From contig JAFDVK010000053.1 in assembly GCA_018269005.1 (NCBI GenBank), forward strand, positions 28,687 through 92,686: DNA of 64,000 nucleotides, read 5' to 3'. The notes under the pieces were generated by a model. That model did not search any database and was not told where the DNA came from. It was given only the letters and a program-made list of their open reading frames with translations. Within the stretch, counting starts at the first letter, position 1; each line of letters opens with the position of its first letter. The stretch comes from Acidobacteriota bacterium. GTDB taxonomy: Bacteria > Acidobacteriota > Blastocatellia > Pyrinomonadales > Pyrinomonadaceae. Position numbers and translations under genes: made by a program. This document shows positions 20,566 to 29,627 of this stretch, one piece after another.

Positions 20566-21450
20566 ATGCGTGAAGACATCATCAACACTTTTCCCGAGGC
20601 GACCGGATTTGACCGTCGCGAGTTTCTCGTCCGGTCTATTTTTGCCGCCGGTACATTCGCCGCGGCCGTGATGCCGATCGCGGCGCAGACGCGTATCGTG
20701 ACCGACAGCAAGGGCCTCATCGAGGGCGAGGTGAAGATTCCCGTCAAGGACGGCGAAGTGCCTGCATATCGTGCGATGCCCGAGAAGGGCAAGGACTTTC
20801 CGGTCGTGATCGTCGTGCACGAGATCTTCGGTGTGCACGAATGGATACAGGACGTTTGCCGGCGTTTTGCCAAACTCGGCTACATGGCGATCGCACCTGC
20901 TCTGTACGCGCGTCTCGGCGATGTCCATTCGATCAAGGACGCGGGCGAACTCAACCGCCAGATCTTCTCGAAGATCCCCGACACCGAATCGATGGCCGAC
21001 ATCGACGCGGCATACACCTGGGCGGCGAAGAACAAGGGCAGCAAGAAGAAGATCTCGATCACAGGATTTTGCTGGGGCGGCCGCATCGTTTGGATGTACG
21101 CCGCACACAAACCGAAATTAAAGGCCGGTGCAGCGTGGTACGGCCGCGTCGTTCCCACCGACCGTTCACCTGTCAACGAAGCTCAGCCGAAGTCGCCTAT
21201 TGATTACGCGAAAGAAATGAAGCCGCCCGTGATCGGCTTTTACGGCGGTCTCGACAAAGGAATTACCGTCGATGGCGTTCAGCGTATGCAGGACGAGCTG
21301 AAGAAGGGCAAGTCCGGCTCCGAGATCATCGTGTTCCCGAATGCGAACCACGGCTTTCACGCCGACTATCGTCCAAGCTACAATAAACAAGCATCCGACG
21401 AAGCTTGGGAGAAGCTGCTAGCTTGGTTCAAAAAGCACGGGGCAAAGTAA
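20566..21450 (+). CDS. dienelactone hydrolase family protein with Tat-like signal
   Basis: DRREFLVRS..AAG Tat-type N-terminus. ..VVIVVHEIFG.., GFCWGG nucleophile elbow and ..HGFH.. motifs. Confidence 0.88.
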   Translation: MREDIINTFPEATGFDRREFLVRSIFAAGTFAAAVMPIAAQTRIVTDSKGLIEGEVKIPVKDGEVPAYRAMPEKGKDFPVVIVVHEIFGVHEWIQDVCRRFAKLGYMAIAPALYARLGDVHSIKDAGELNRQIFSKIPDTESMADIDAAYTWAAKNKGSKKKISITGFCWGGRIVWMYAAHKPKLKAGAAWYGRVVPTDRSPVNEAQPKSPIDYAKEMKPPVIGFYGGLDKGITVDGVQRMQDELKKGKSGSEIIVFPNANHGFHADYRPSYNKQASDEAWEKLLAWFKKHGAK

Positions 21451-21455
21451 TTCTA

Positions 21456-21890
21456 ATGGAAACAGAAAAACTCACGCTCGAATACACCTTGCTCTGCGAC
21501 GACGTTCGCATCGAGATGGGCAACAAGATCTCGCTGATGGGCATCTTCCAGAACATCATGGTCGAGAAACTGCCCGTTTCGCTCATCAAGTTCGCAGTGA
21601 TAAACCATTGGCGCGGAGAGGGAAACCACCGCACCGAGATCCGCATACTCTCGCCCGACAAGAACAATCTCGTCGTCACCTCGCAGCCTACGACCATCGA
21701 ACTCGCACCCGGCGGCTTCACCGACAACGTGAGCTTCTTTGTGAACGTCGTTTTTCCGGACGCCGGAACCTACTGGATCCAGACCGTCGCCAATGAGGTC
21801 GTCCTCGACGAACTCCCGCTCATCGTCACCGATCAGGCGAATCTCACCGCCCTCCAACACGCCGAAGAGATCTCCGAAACAGTGAACTAG
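21456..21890 (+). CDS. hypothetical protein
   Basis: ORF taken from the ATG at 21456, just after the upstream stop. The longer track start at 21405 would overlap the preceding gene. No recognisable motif. Confidence 0.6.
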   Translation: METEKLTLEYTLLCDDVRIEMGNKISLMGIFQNIMVEKLPVSLIKFAVINHWRGEGNHRTEIRILSPDKNNLVVTSQPTTIELAPGGFTDNVSFFVNVVFPDAGTYWIQTVANEVVLDELPLIVTDQANLTALQHAEEISETVN

Positions 21891-21895
21891 AGGTC

Positions 21896-21997
21896 AGTGG
21901 TGAGTGATGAGTGATGAGTGATGAGTGATGAGTAGTGAGCATTCACCATTCACCATTCACCATTCACCATTCACAATTCACCATTCACCACTCACAA
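21896..21997. repeat. heptamer tandem repeats (GTGATGA)n followed by (CATTCAC)n
   Basis: ggtgagtgatgagtgatgagtgatgagtgatgagtagtgagc, then attcaccattcaccattcaccattcaccattcacaattcaccattcaccactcac. Confidence 0.85.
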
Positions 21998-21999
21998 TT

Positions 22000-22860
22000 T
22001 CCTCGCTGTTTGTCCCGTCTCACCGTGAATGGGCAAGTGGGACAAAGTGGGACAAAAATCGGCGTTTTTAATCATGGTGGCGACAATTAATGTCACTATT
22101 GTCAAAGATCAGGGTGTAAAACATATGTTTACACCATCTCTACGAGTATATCACATCTGTCAAGAGGTATTCTTATTCTTCGAATTGCCCCGGTCTTCAG
22201 ACCGGGGATCATGGCTCACAAAAAGACTCCTGTCGGCGGTTTGCCGACGACAAAAACTGAGAACCGAGAACATCTTCTGGGCTATGCCCTCTCGCAGTGA
22301 CCGCACTGCAATGCGGCAAGCCGCCGCCAAATGGTCGCCACGATGCATTCGTGGCTTGATGGATTTGAATTGCCACAGCATCTAAATGCGGTGGATCAGG
22401 GCAGAAAACTATCCCTCGGAGGCGGCTCGGCCGCCGACAAAGGCTTCGCATAGCCACATTGTTTACGGCGTGGTCTAGGACGGTAAATAAATTCCCGGAG
22501 GCGGCTCGGCCGCCGACATTTTCCTGAGCCGGCGTAGCTGGCGGCAGAATTTAGCCCCACGTGGAGCCTTGCGGAATGTGGGGTGAGCGGCCCACCATCA
22601 CCTCGGAGGCGGCTCGGCCGCCGACAAATCCCTCTGTCGCTCCTAACGGAGCTCCAAGAATTATTTTGCGGTCTCTTTCCCACGCTGGCGGCCGATGCGG
22701 CCTCACCCTGGGCTACATTCATGTGTCCCCTACGGGGACAAAACTTTCTTGGCTCCGTAGGAGCCGAACGTTTGTAGCACGCGAGAACCACGGACGATCT
22801 CGGAGGCGGCTCGGCCGCCGACAAGGGTTGGTCCCATATGGAGGGTCGCTTCATTCCGAT
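22000..22860. repeat. REP/BIME-like hairpin array (cluster 2), inverted relative to cluster 1
   Basis: Four copies of GGAGGCGGCTCGGCCGCCGACA (22418-22439, 22497-22518, 22605-22626, 22802-22823). 22636-22656 is the exact reverse complement of 6165-6185. About 50 nt around 22262-22315 is the reverse complement of ~6010-6062. Confidence 0.85.
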
Positions 22861-22899
22861 TCTTGCATTCGCGGCTATCCCGGAAAGCCGCAGTTTCCC

Positions 22900-23020
22900 G
22901 TTTGTGCGGTTTGTGTCGAAACGTGCATTCTGTGCGGTTTGTGCATTTTCATACATTTTGTGCGGTTTGATACATTCTGTGCAATTTGTCCTTACCCTCG
23001 CCTCGAAAAAGGAATATGAT
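22900..23020 (+). promoter_or_regulatory. promoter-like cassette, copy D: GTGC 9-mer repeats, then TTACCC-N17-TATGAT
   Basis: ..GATACATTCTGTGCAATTTGTCC, then TTACCC (22992-22997), a 17-nt spacer, and TATGAT (23015-23020). It lies 38 nt upstream of the ATG at 23058. Confidence 0.45.
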
Positions 23021-23057
23021 TGTCTCCGGTTTGCATTCGGCTGGCCGAGGACGGCTT

Positions 23058-24410
23058 ATGAGAACACATCTCCCAAGAACATTCCTGATCATCTGCATGC
23101 TCGGCGCATTGCTGTTCGCGGCGGGCTGCAGCATCGAGCAGGCAGTTCCGAATCAGATGGCGAATGATGTCGGGGCGGCGGATCCTCATTACGGCTGCGT
23201 GGAGGGGAATACGCTTGATTCGGCGATTGCGGGATTTGCACGCGACGAGAAAGCCGAAGAATCTCGTGAAGCTCGGAAGGTCGCGTGCGGCGTTCTGGAC
23301 GCGAGCGGCGACGAAATGCTCGTCGTCGTCTTTTCTCTCGAAGGTTTCAACGGCGGGAATCTATGGCGGCAATACCTTGCTGTCTTTCGCGTCGAGGCAA
23401 CGAACTCGCTTACGCTTGCAACCAAGCGAATGATCGGCGGCAAGAACTATCAAACGGTTGAAAGCATGCGTATCGACTCGAATACGATCCTTCTCGACAC
23501 CATGGAAAACATCCCGACGGACGCAAGCTGCTGCCCCTCGCGACCCGGAACGATGCAGTTCGCATTCGTAAATGGACGATTAGTCTCAGACCAGCTCAAC
23601 GATCCGGCTCAACCATCTGCTCACTCTGAGGAACCGATGGTTCAGAACTGGAGCGGACGCGTGGGTGAGTTCGACTATCGATGGGATGGAAACGACTTTG
23701 AGGTTTCGTCGGGAAAGGGCAAGACGCTTCGATTATTCAGCACGGATGCCAAGAGCAGGGTACAGGTCGAGCAAACAACAAATGATGCGAAAGGATGTAG
23801 TTTTTCGAGCTATTACCGACCGCTGGCGGTGGCCGGAAGTCTCGTTAGCTTCGACATCGAGTTCAGCACTTTGTGCGGTGGCGCTATCGATAACAGTTGG
23901 GGTTATTCAACGATCAAAATCATCAAGGGGCAAGAGGGAGAGCTAGTTTTTGACGGCGTCTCGCTTTCTGATATTTTTCCGGATACAGAACTTCTTCAGG
24001 CGTTCTCACGAGAACCAAAAATCAGCCATTCCATTTCAAAACTGATCTCCGTCCGCAAGATTGGCGGCGCACCAGGCACCTTTACTGAGCTGAAACGGCT
24101 GATGGCGAAGTTTCCAAATGACTTTCTTGGCGGACGCTATTACTTGGCAGATTCCATAGACTCGTTCGCGTTGCGAAGTGTTGATGGTGAACAACTCACA
24201 CTCTGGATCAGCCTATTGCCTACCGCTCCGCCTGAGGCTGCACTTCGTGACCACCTTGAGCTCACGCTTCCTTTGCCGCCAAAATATCGAGATGCATTGC
24301 TCGCGGCTAGTTCGCGAAAGGCCGGTTTTGTGATGCAAGACGCCGATTCGGTTGTAGGAGATGCGTTTGCGGAATTCGAGTTCACATCGAGAACGACAAA
24401 AACACAATGA
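23058..24410 (+). CDS. lipoprotein, unknown function
   Basis: Start moved to the ATG at 23058, giving MRTHLPRTFLIICMLGALLFAAGC (lipobox). 450 aa with no recognisable catalytic motif. Confidence 0.7.
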   Translation: MRTHLPRTFLIICMLGALLFAAGCSIEQAVPNQMANDVGAADPHYGCVEGNTLDSAIAGFARDEKAEESREARKVACGVLDASGDEMLVVVFSLEGFNGGNLWRQYLAVFRVEATNSLTLATKRMIGGKNYQTVESMRIDSNTILLDTMENIPTDASCCPSRPGTMQFAFVNGRLVSDQLNDPAQPSAHSEEPMVQNWSGRVGEFDYRWDGNDFEVSSGKGKTLRLFSTDAKSRVQVEQTTNDAKGCSFSSYYRPLAVAGSLVSFDIEFSTLCGGAIDNSWGYSTIKIIKGQEGELVFDGVSLSDIFPDTELLQAFSREPKISHSISKLISVRKIGGAPGTFTELKRLMAKFPNDFLGGRYYLADSIDSFALRSVDGEQLTLWISLLPTAPPEAALRDHLELTLPLPPKYRDALLAASSRKAGFVMQDADSVVGDAFAEFEFTSRTTKTQ

Positions 24411-24479
24411 CGCGGAACGTGTTTGCGGGGAAGGCGGTTATTGCGGAGCCCGCGTGGGACGGGCGTTGGGGTCGGGGAT

Positions 24480-25490
24480 ATGGTGACTTGGAAGACGAGC
24501 GATCCGGCGTCGGGGACGGTCGTTTCATATACGAATGACGGGACGGCGAACACGGGCTTTGTCTCCGAGCAGACCGAGCCGTTGGGGCAATCCGTCGCAT
24601 TGACCGATCCTGAGCCGCCGAACGAACCCCAGACGTACGAGCAGCATCTATTCTTTGCGAGTGACCCCGAATGGCAGTGTTCCGTGCCAGATGCGTTCTA
24701 CGGAGGCTTTCAGGGCCGACCCGACCATTGTCAGAACAAAGTGCTTCGTAACCTCGATATTCCCCTAACCGATACCTTTAAGTGGAACACTATTCCGTGT
24801 GAATCAAGCAGCGATCCCGAAACCATTAGTGTATGCACCGAAACGACCCGCGACCCGGCAGACAAACGCTTCGAGGCAAGCTACGCCGGCGACTATGAGT
24901 TTAAATCTAATGGAGTGACATATAGTGTCGGACAGAAATGTATAGATGCCTTGGCAGTTGCGGGAAAGAATATTAATAACCTTCGACAAGCGTTCGACAA
25001 CTTAGAACGTATCACCGCCATCACCAATAAGAAAAAGGTAAGTGCACATTCCCTTATGGCCATCGGTATACGGGAGTCGGGCGCTGGGGATCCACGCTAT
25101 ATGAAAGAGGAGGGAGGCCATGGCCGAGGCTGGTATCAGATCGACCTTGGAATTCATAGTAACGTTACTGAGGCACAAGCGATGGATTTCGACTGGGCGA
25201 CCAGATACGTCTCAGATTTGGTAAGTAATGCTTATGCAATGATTTCAAACTACGAAAGTAATGATCAAAAACGGCATAAGAATCCATTGCTGCTGTATAC
25301 CTTTAGCCAACGCCTGGCAATGATGTACCGGATTTACAATGCTGGTCCCGTTTCCCCAGCCATGCGGGATATGCTCAGAAAAACGGATGATCTGACGGTT
25401 CTCGATCCGGGTACTGCTCGAAACAATTACGCGTCCAATCTATACAACCTTGAGGTCTACTGCACCGGTGGGGCAACGGTAATAAAATAG
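24480..25490 (+). CDS. SLT (lytic transglycosylase/lysozyme-like) domain protein without signal peptide
   Basis: The three family-1 SLT motifs occur in order: IGIRESG (E-S), GRGWYQID (GLMQ-like), YRIYNAGP (AYNAG-like). The ATG at 24480 is preceded by GGGG. The track's TTG at 24423 is an alternative start. Confidence 0.75.
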   Translation: MVTWKTSDPASGTVVSYTNDGTANTGFVSEQTEPLGQSVALTDPEPPNEPQTYEQHLFFASDPEWQCSVPDAFYGGFQGRPDHCQNKVLRNLDIPLTDTFKWNTIPCESSSDPETISVCTETTRDPADKRFEASYAGDYEFKSNGVTYSVGQKCIDALAVAGKNINNLRQAFDNLERITAITNKKKVSAHSLMAIGIRESGAGDPRYMKEEGGHGRGWYQIDLGIHSNVTEAQAMDFDWATRYVSDLVSNAYAMISNYESNDQKRHKNPLLLYTFSQRLAMMYRIYNAGPVSPAMRDMLRKTDDLTVLDPGTARNNYASNLYNLEVYCTGGATVIK

Positions 25491-25499
25491 GGGTTGCTG

Positions 25500-26231
25500 A
25501 TGAAATTAGTGAGCGTTGTTATCATAGGTTTAGCTTGGTTCGGGCTGTCGTTTTGTGCGCCGGTGACTGAAACGCCTGAACTTCCGATTCCCGTGCCATT
25601 GGAAACGCCGTCACCGGAAACAGGCGCCCGATCGAAGCAGACGTCACTTGATCCCGCACTGGTAATCGAAGGAAAGTCCGTTGGACAGATAAGTTTGGGG
25701 GACAGTTTCGCGGATGTGACAACAATACTTCCGTTCAGGAAAAACTATGATGAGATTCATGACAAGGGAATCTTTAAGTATTCGGATGGCACTGTCGATA
25801 TTTGCGCGAAGGTTTTGTACAGAAATGCAGTTGGACCAAAAGATGACTTTAATTTTTCAATATACTTTGACGATGATGACCGCGTTATTCAGATCGAGGG
25901 AAGCTCGTCTCGATATCATTTAAGGAATAACATCAGCTATGGGGACAAATTACCTGATGTAGCGAAAAAATACCGCGATGCGCAGGTCTATGTTCTAAGA
26001 GGCAGCGGAGGCAGTAGCAGTATCGCCGGCAAGGACTTGGTTTATATTTTTGATGAACAAAGTGGAATCGCTTTTGAGTTCCGATATTCCCGACAAAGCA
26101 AGGCGAGAAAGCTGGATCGCTTCGTCGTGTTTCCACCGGGACACCAGTTTCTTCCTGAGACATGCGTCACGGTGCCGCAAAGCTTCAATAGAATTTCACT
26201 CGAAGAAGCGGAAGCCGAGTTGACTAATTAG
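25500..26231 (+). CDS. secreted protein, unknown function
   Basis: ATG at 25500 preceded by AGGGG. Signal peptide MKLVSVVIIGLAWFGLSFCAP. Low G+C: two hand-counted 60-nt samples give about 35%. Confidence 0.65.
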   Translation: MKLVSVVIIGLAWFGLSFCAPVTETPELPIPVPLETPSPETGARSKQTSLDPALVIEGKSVGQISLGDSFADVTTILPFRKNYDEIHDKGIFKYSDGTVDICAKVLYRNAVGPKDDFNFSIYFDDDDRVIQIEGSSSRYHLRNNISYGDKLPDVAKKYRDAQVYVLRGSGGSSSIAGKDLVYIFDEQSGIAFEFRYSRQSKARKLDRFVVFPPGHQFLPETCVTVPQSFNRISLEEAEAELTN

Positions 26232-26338
26232 GTGTGGCGATCCGGCGTCGGGGACTGTTGTTGCTGAGGTAAAGAGCAGTCTGCCGCTTCCTTCAAGCGT
26301 CCAATGAAGGAGGCGGCAAACCGCTTCAGATCCGGCCG

Positions 26339-27706
26339 CTATTGGGCTGATGCGACCGGAATGTCAGAGCCCGTTCCGAAGAAGCGATAGTCAACGCTTC
26401 CGTCCGAGCTGCGAAGAATGTACCAAACACCGCTGCGATAGACCGCAGGATCCGTCTTGCCGTCGCCGTCATAATCGGCGGGTGCGAGAACGTCGGTCGC
26501 GAGGCCCCAATGTATCGCGTGGAACGATGCGTCCGAGCTGTAGCGGATGTACCAATTGCCGTCCGACGGCCGGAACACGGCAAAGTCCGTCTTGCCGTCG
26601 CCGTCGTAGTCGCCGGGAACTTGCTTATCATTGCTCATTCCGAAAGGCTGCATCACGTATTGGCCGGTGCCGCTCTCGATGACGTGCCATGTGCCGTCCG
26701 AAGGCCGGAACACGCTGACGTCCGAGATGCCGTCACCGTCGAAATCAGCGTTGGCGACCGATTTGTCGGCGAGCCTTTCGCGCGTCATCACCCAGACGTC
26801 GCCCGACGGACTTCCGTTCGAACCGATCTCGCTTCCCGGACGTGCCGAGCCGACGACCATTTGCTTGCCGTCCCAGGAGAGTGATGCACGAGTGTCGCCT
26901 GCCGCACTGTTGATCGGTGCCGGCAGATGGACCGGCGCTTCCCAATCTGCGGACGTGCTGCTGCGCGTCGCGGTCCAAACGTCCGGGCCTCCGAGCGTGC
27001 CGGGCCGCGTCGAGTCGAACACGATCTCGAGCCCGTCGTGCCGAACGTTCGGCCGTCCGTCATCAAACTCCGTGTTCACGCCCGGCGCGAGTTGGGCAGG
27101 CCCGCCATCGACTGAATAGTAAATGTCGAGGTCAGTGCCGCCCGGCGTGTGCCCGTCGGGCCGATTGCTCGCAAAATACAGCACGCCGTGCCCTTCTTCA
27201 TCCTGAAAATACGACGGACTCCATTCGGTTCCGGGGCTGTTGATCTCGCAGCCGAGATTCTCGGGAGTATCCCAAGTGCTGCCGTGCTTTGTGGTGTGAT
27301 AGATATCGGCCCCGCCGCACGCCCCTGTCTCTGCGCGTGCTGAAACGAAATAGAAGCTTCCGTTGGGTGCCGGCGACGGGCAAAAATCGTCCGCGGTGCT
27401 ATTGATCGGCGCGCCGACGTTCACGAACGCGCCCCACGGAGAGGTCGTCGTGGCACGCGTCGAGACCCAGATGTCCTGGCCGCCAAGTCCGCCCGGACGG
27501 TTCGAGGCGATGTAAAAACTCAATCCGTCCGGAGCCTGTATCGGGCATCCGTCGCCGTATGCCGTGTTGAATTCCGTGCTTGTGCCCGGAATGAACGACT
27601 CCATATTGACGGGATCGGACCAAGCGGAAAAACGCTGCCCAAATATGGGCGACATTGCGAATATCAGTACGGCCAAGATCAGCGTGATCTGGAACAATCG
27701 GTTCAT
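26339..27706 (-). CDS. secreted TolB-like (PD40) beta-propeller protein with C-terminal FG-GAP/VCBS repeats
   Basis: Start moved to the ATG at 27706, which has a GGAGG 8 nt upstream and gives signal peptide MNRLFQITLILAVLIFAMSPIFGQ. PD40-like ..YFASNRPGG.. repeats. Three C-terminal D(F/Y)DGDG(K/I)(T/S)D.(A/S)V(F/Y)R units. Confidence 0.8.
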   Translation of the reverse strand: MNRLFQITLILAVLIFAMSPIFGQRFSAWSDPVNMESFIPGTSTEFNTAYGDGCPIQAPDGLSFYIASNRPGGLGGQDIWVSTRATTTSPWGAFVNVGAPINSTADDFCPSPAPNGSFYFVSARAETGACGGADIYHTTKHGSTWDTPENLGCEINSPGTEWSPSYFQDEEGHGVLYFASNRPDGHTPGGTDLDIYYSVDGGPAQLAPGVNTEFDDGRPNVRHDGLEIVFDSTRPGTLGGPDVWTATRSSTSADWEAPVHLPAPINSAAGDTRASLSWDGKQMVVGSARPGSEIGSNGSPSGDVWVMTRERLADKSVANADFDGDGISDVSVFRPSDGTWHVIESGTGQYVMQPFGMSNDKQVPGDYDGDGKTDFAVFRPSDGNWYIRYSSDASFHAIHWGLATDVLAPADYDGDGKTDPAVYRSGVWYILRSSDGSVDYRFFGTGSDIPVASAQ

Positions 27707-28034
27707 CTTAGTGTCCTCCTTCTGCACTAAATGCGGTCTGTTGTTGAATTAAAACCGGGGGCCGATCGTTTCGAAATGCGTCGATCTCCGGTCGAAGCCT
27801 GTATGCGTCGAATATGCACGCTTCCGTCGATTGAAATCCTTGACAAAAGTTCTGCTTTTGTTCGTTTTTTCTTCTTCGCGGCCAGAAGGCAGGAAAATAA
27901 AGGGCCTGCGAGGTTTTGAGGATGAGAAAAAAATTCGGGAATGGCGGCAAAAGGATGTTTTTTCGCCGTCTATTCCCAGAAGCTAAGACTCCGGCCTTGC
28001 TTCATTCAAAAGTAAATTTTTGGGAGACCAATCT

Positions 28035-28925
28035 ATGAACATGAGAAGTATTCTTGTTTTTGCCGCGATCGCAGCGATGTCGGTTGCAGCCTTTGGCCAG
28101 CAATTTGGAGATGGCCGCCTGTCCAGCGAGGAACTGAACCAAATAAGGGCAGAAGCTCGCCAGCAGATCGAGATCGCAAAAAAGAGCCCTCTGCTTTCGG
28201 CATCGCTTGGTGGAAAGGCCGCACCGGGTGCCGCTAATCTCGCCACGATCCCGTCACCGTATGACGATCCGGATTCATTCGGCAATAACGTCAAATTCCT
28301 CGGCTCGCTCTACGCGGGAACCGTTTATATTTATCACAGCTGTTCGGCGCAGGTCCTGCTGGACGAACTTGGATTGACGCTCGCCGCGGATGACAAGTGC
28401 ATCGTGCACAACCCGCCGTCAGCACCGATGAACCAAACGCAGGTGCTCTACGATCCGGCATGGGAATACACGATCCCGAAGAACACGGTCTCGAACACGC
28501 TCTATGTGATGACGAACAACAATCCGGGCTTTGATGCGTTCGATGCGAACGGGCTTGCGAGCAACTATACGGTGTTCTACTCACCGGTCGTGACATTTGT
28601 GAGCACGGCGTTGAACGATCCGCTTGCGATCGACCCCTCGACCGGCCAGCCGATGAACGGGCAATACACGACGTCGCTTTCCGGCAGCACCACGCTTCAG
28701 CGGTCGCTGGCAGCAAATGATTACGCAAGCGAATACAGGAGCTATGCATCGGTTAGCAGCCGCGGCTTCTCACGTTCATACTGGCGTGCGGTCGGGCTTC
28801 CGGACAGCGTCATCAACAAGATCTACAATCGAAAGATGTCGCTTCGTTTCGGGATCCGCGTCCGCGTGATCGGTGCGGTGAATTTCGGCCAATTCTACTA
28901 CTCGATGAGAATGCTAGGCGACTAG
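28035..28925 (+). CDS. secreted protein, unknown function
   Basis: ATG at 28035 with GGGAGA 7 nt upstream. Signal peptide MNMRSILVFAAIAAMSVAAFGQ. Confidence 0.65.
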   Translation: MNMRSILVFAAIAAMSVAAFGQQFGDGRLSSEELNQIRAEARQQIEIAKKSPLLSASLGGKAAPGAANLATIPSPYDDPDSFGNNVKFLGSLYAGTVYIYHSCSAQVLLDELGLTLAADDKCIVHNPPSAPMNQTQVLYDPAWEYTIPKNTVSNTLYVMTNNNPGFDAFDANGLASNYTVFYSPVVTFVSTALNDPLAIDPSTGQPMNGQYTTSLSGSTTLQRSLAANDYASEYRSYASVSSRGFSRSYWRAVGLPDSVINKIYNRKMSLRFGIRVRVIGAVNFGQFYYSMRMLGD

Positions 28926-28948
28926 GATCCTCTATCTCAGCAGAACGG

Positions 28949-28981
28949 AAAAAGGACGGCCAAAACGACCGTCCTTTTTTC
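28949..28981. terminator. bidirectional intrinsic terminator
   Basis: AAAAAGGACGG-CCAAAACGA-CCGTCCTTTTTT: a stem flanked by an A-run and a T-run, between convergent genes. Confidence 0.6.
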
Positions 28982-29003
28982 GTGTCAGAAATGATCTTGG
29001 GGG

Positions 29004-29627
29004 CTAATCGTCCTTTTTATGCTCGATCGGGAGTTTGAGGACGGTGCGGTAAACCTGCGGCGAATCGGTGTCGATCACGTTCGATCCCGTAGCGCCGCTT
29101 GCGGACGCCGTAACGCGCACCTTCGAGACATTCATCAGACCGTTGAATTCGAACTCGCCCGCACGGTTGGTATATACCGTCTGGACCTTTCGCGTTGAGC
29201 CGTCCGACCTTATTTCATAAAGATCGACGGTCGCCTGCTCGACGCTCAAGTTGTCCTTGTCAAAGACGATGCCCTTGACCAAAATGAGCGAACCCTGATC
29301 TCGCGTCATCAGGAGGTTGCTGCCGAGGTCGCGAAAGTCATTTTCCTTGACCTTGACATCGTATTTCACGCCCGTGCCGTAGCCTTTCGCATCGAACGCG
29401 ATGTTATAGGTGCCTGGTTCGAGAGCGAGCGTAAAGCGGCCCTGCTTGTCGGATTTGGTCGAGCGGACGACCTTTCCGTTGACGCGGGCCGTGACCTCAA
29501 CGTTCGGGATCGATTTGTAATCAACATTGCGCACGCGGCCCTTCACGCCGCTTGACTGTGCGAACGCGGCAAGCGGAAATACGAGCCCGATCGTCAAAAA
29601 GATGGAGAAAAAGTTACGCTTGAGCAT
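29004..29627 (-). CDS. secreted protein with two CarboxypepD_reg-like domains
   Basis: Start moved to the ATG at 29627 (MLKRNFFSIFLTIGLVFPLAAFAQ). VKGRVRN...V.V......T.SD..GRF.L.L.PGTY pattern occurs twice. Confidence 0.7.
   Translation of the reverse strand: MLKRNFFSIFLTIGLVFPLAAFAQSSGVKGRVRNVDYKSIPNVEVTARVNGKVVRSTKSDKQGRFTLALEPGTYNIAFDAKGYGTGVKYDVKVKENDFRDLGSNLLMTRDQGSLILVKGIVFDKDNLSVEQATVDLYEIRSDGSTRKVQTVYTNRAGEFEFNGLMNVSKVRVTASASGATGSNVIDTDSPQVYRTVLKLPIEHKKDD

Noticed and set aside
6641-21999. The 16-kb segment between the two inverted REP arrays as a mobile or genomic island
   Set aside because: Its content is core metabolism and repair (Met cycle, mutM, thiED, purH) at native G+C, with no integrase. 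The flanking arrays are dispersed-repeat clusters, not element ends. Inversion remains possible but mobility is not supported.
22029-23019. Track ORFs 22029..22385, 22396..22956, 22561..23019 and 22838..23167
   Set aside because: They are read-throughs of REP cluster 2 and the 9-mer repeats, with no start context or domain signal, and they overlap one another.
27842-27880. Hairpin ACAAAAG-N5-CTTTTGT plus T-run in the divergent region upstream of 28035 as an attenuator
   Set aside because: The stem is short and AT-rich, with no identifiable upstream promoter or alternative structure. The evidence is insufficient.
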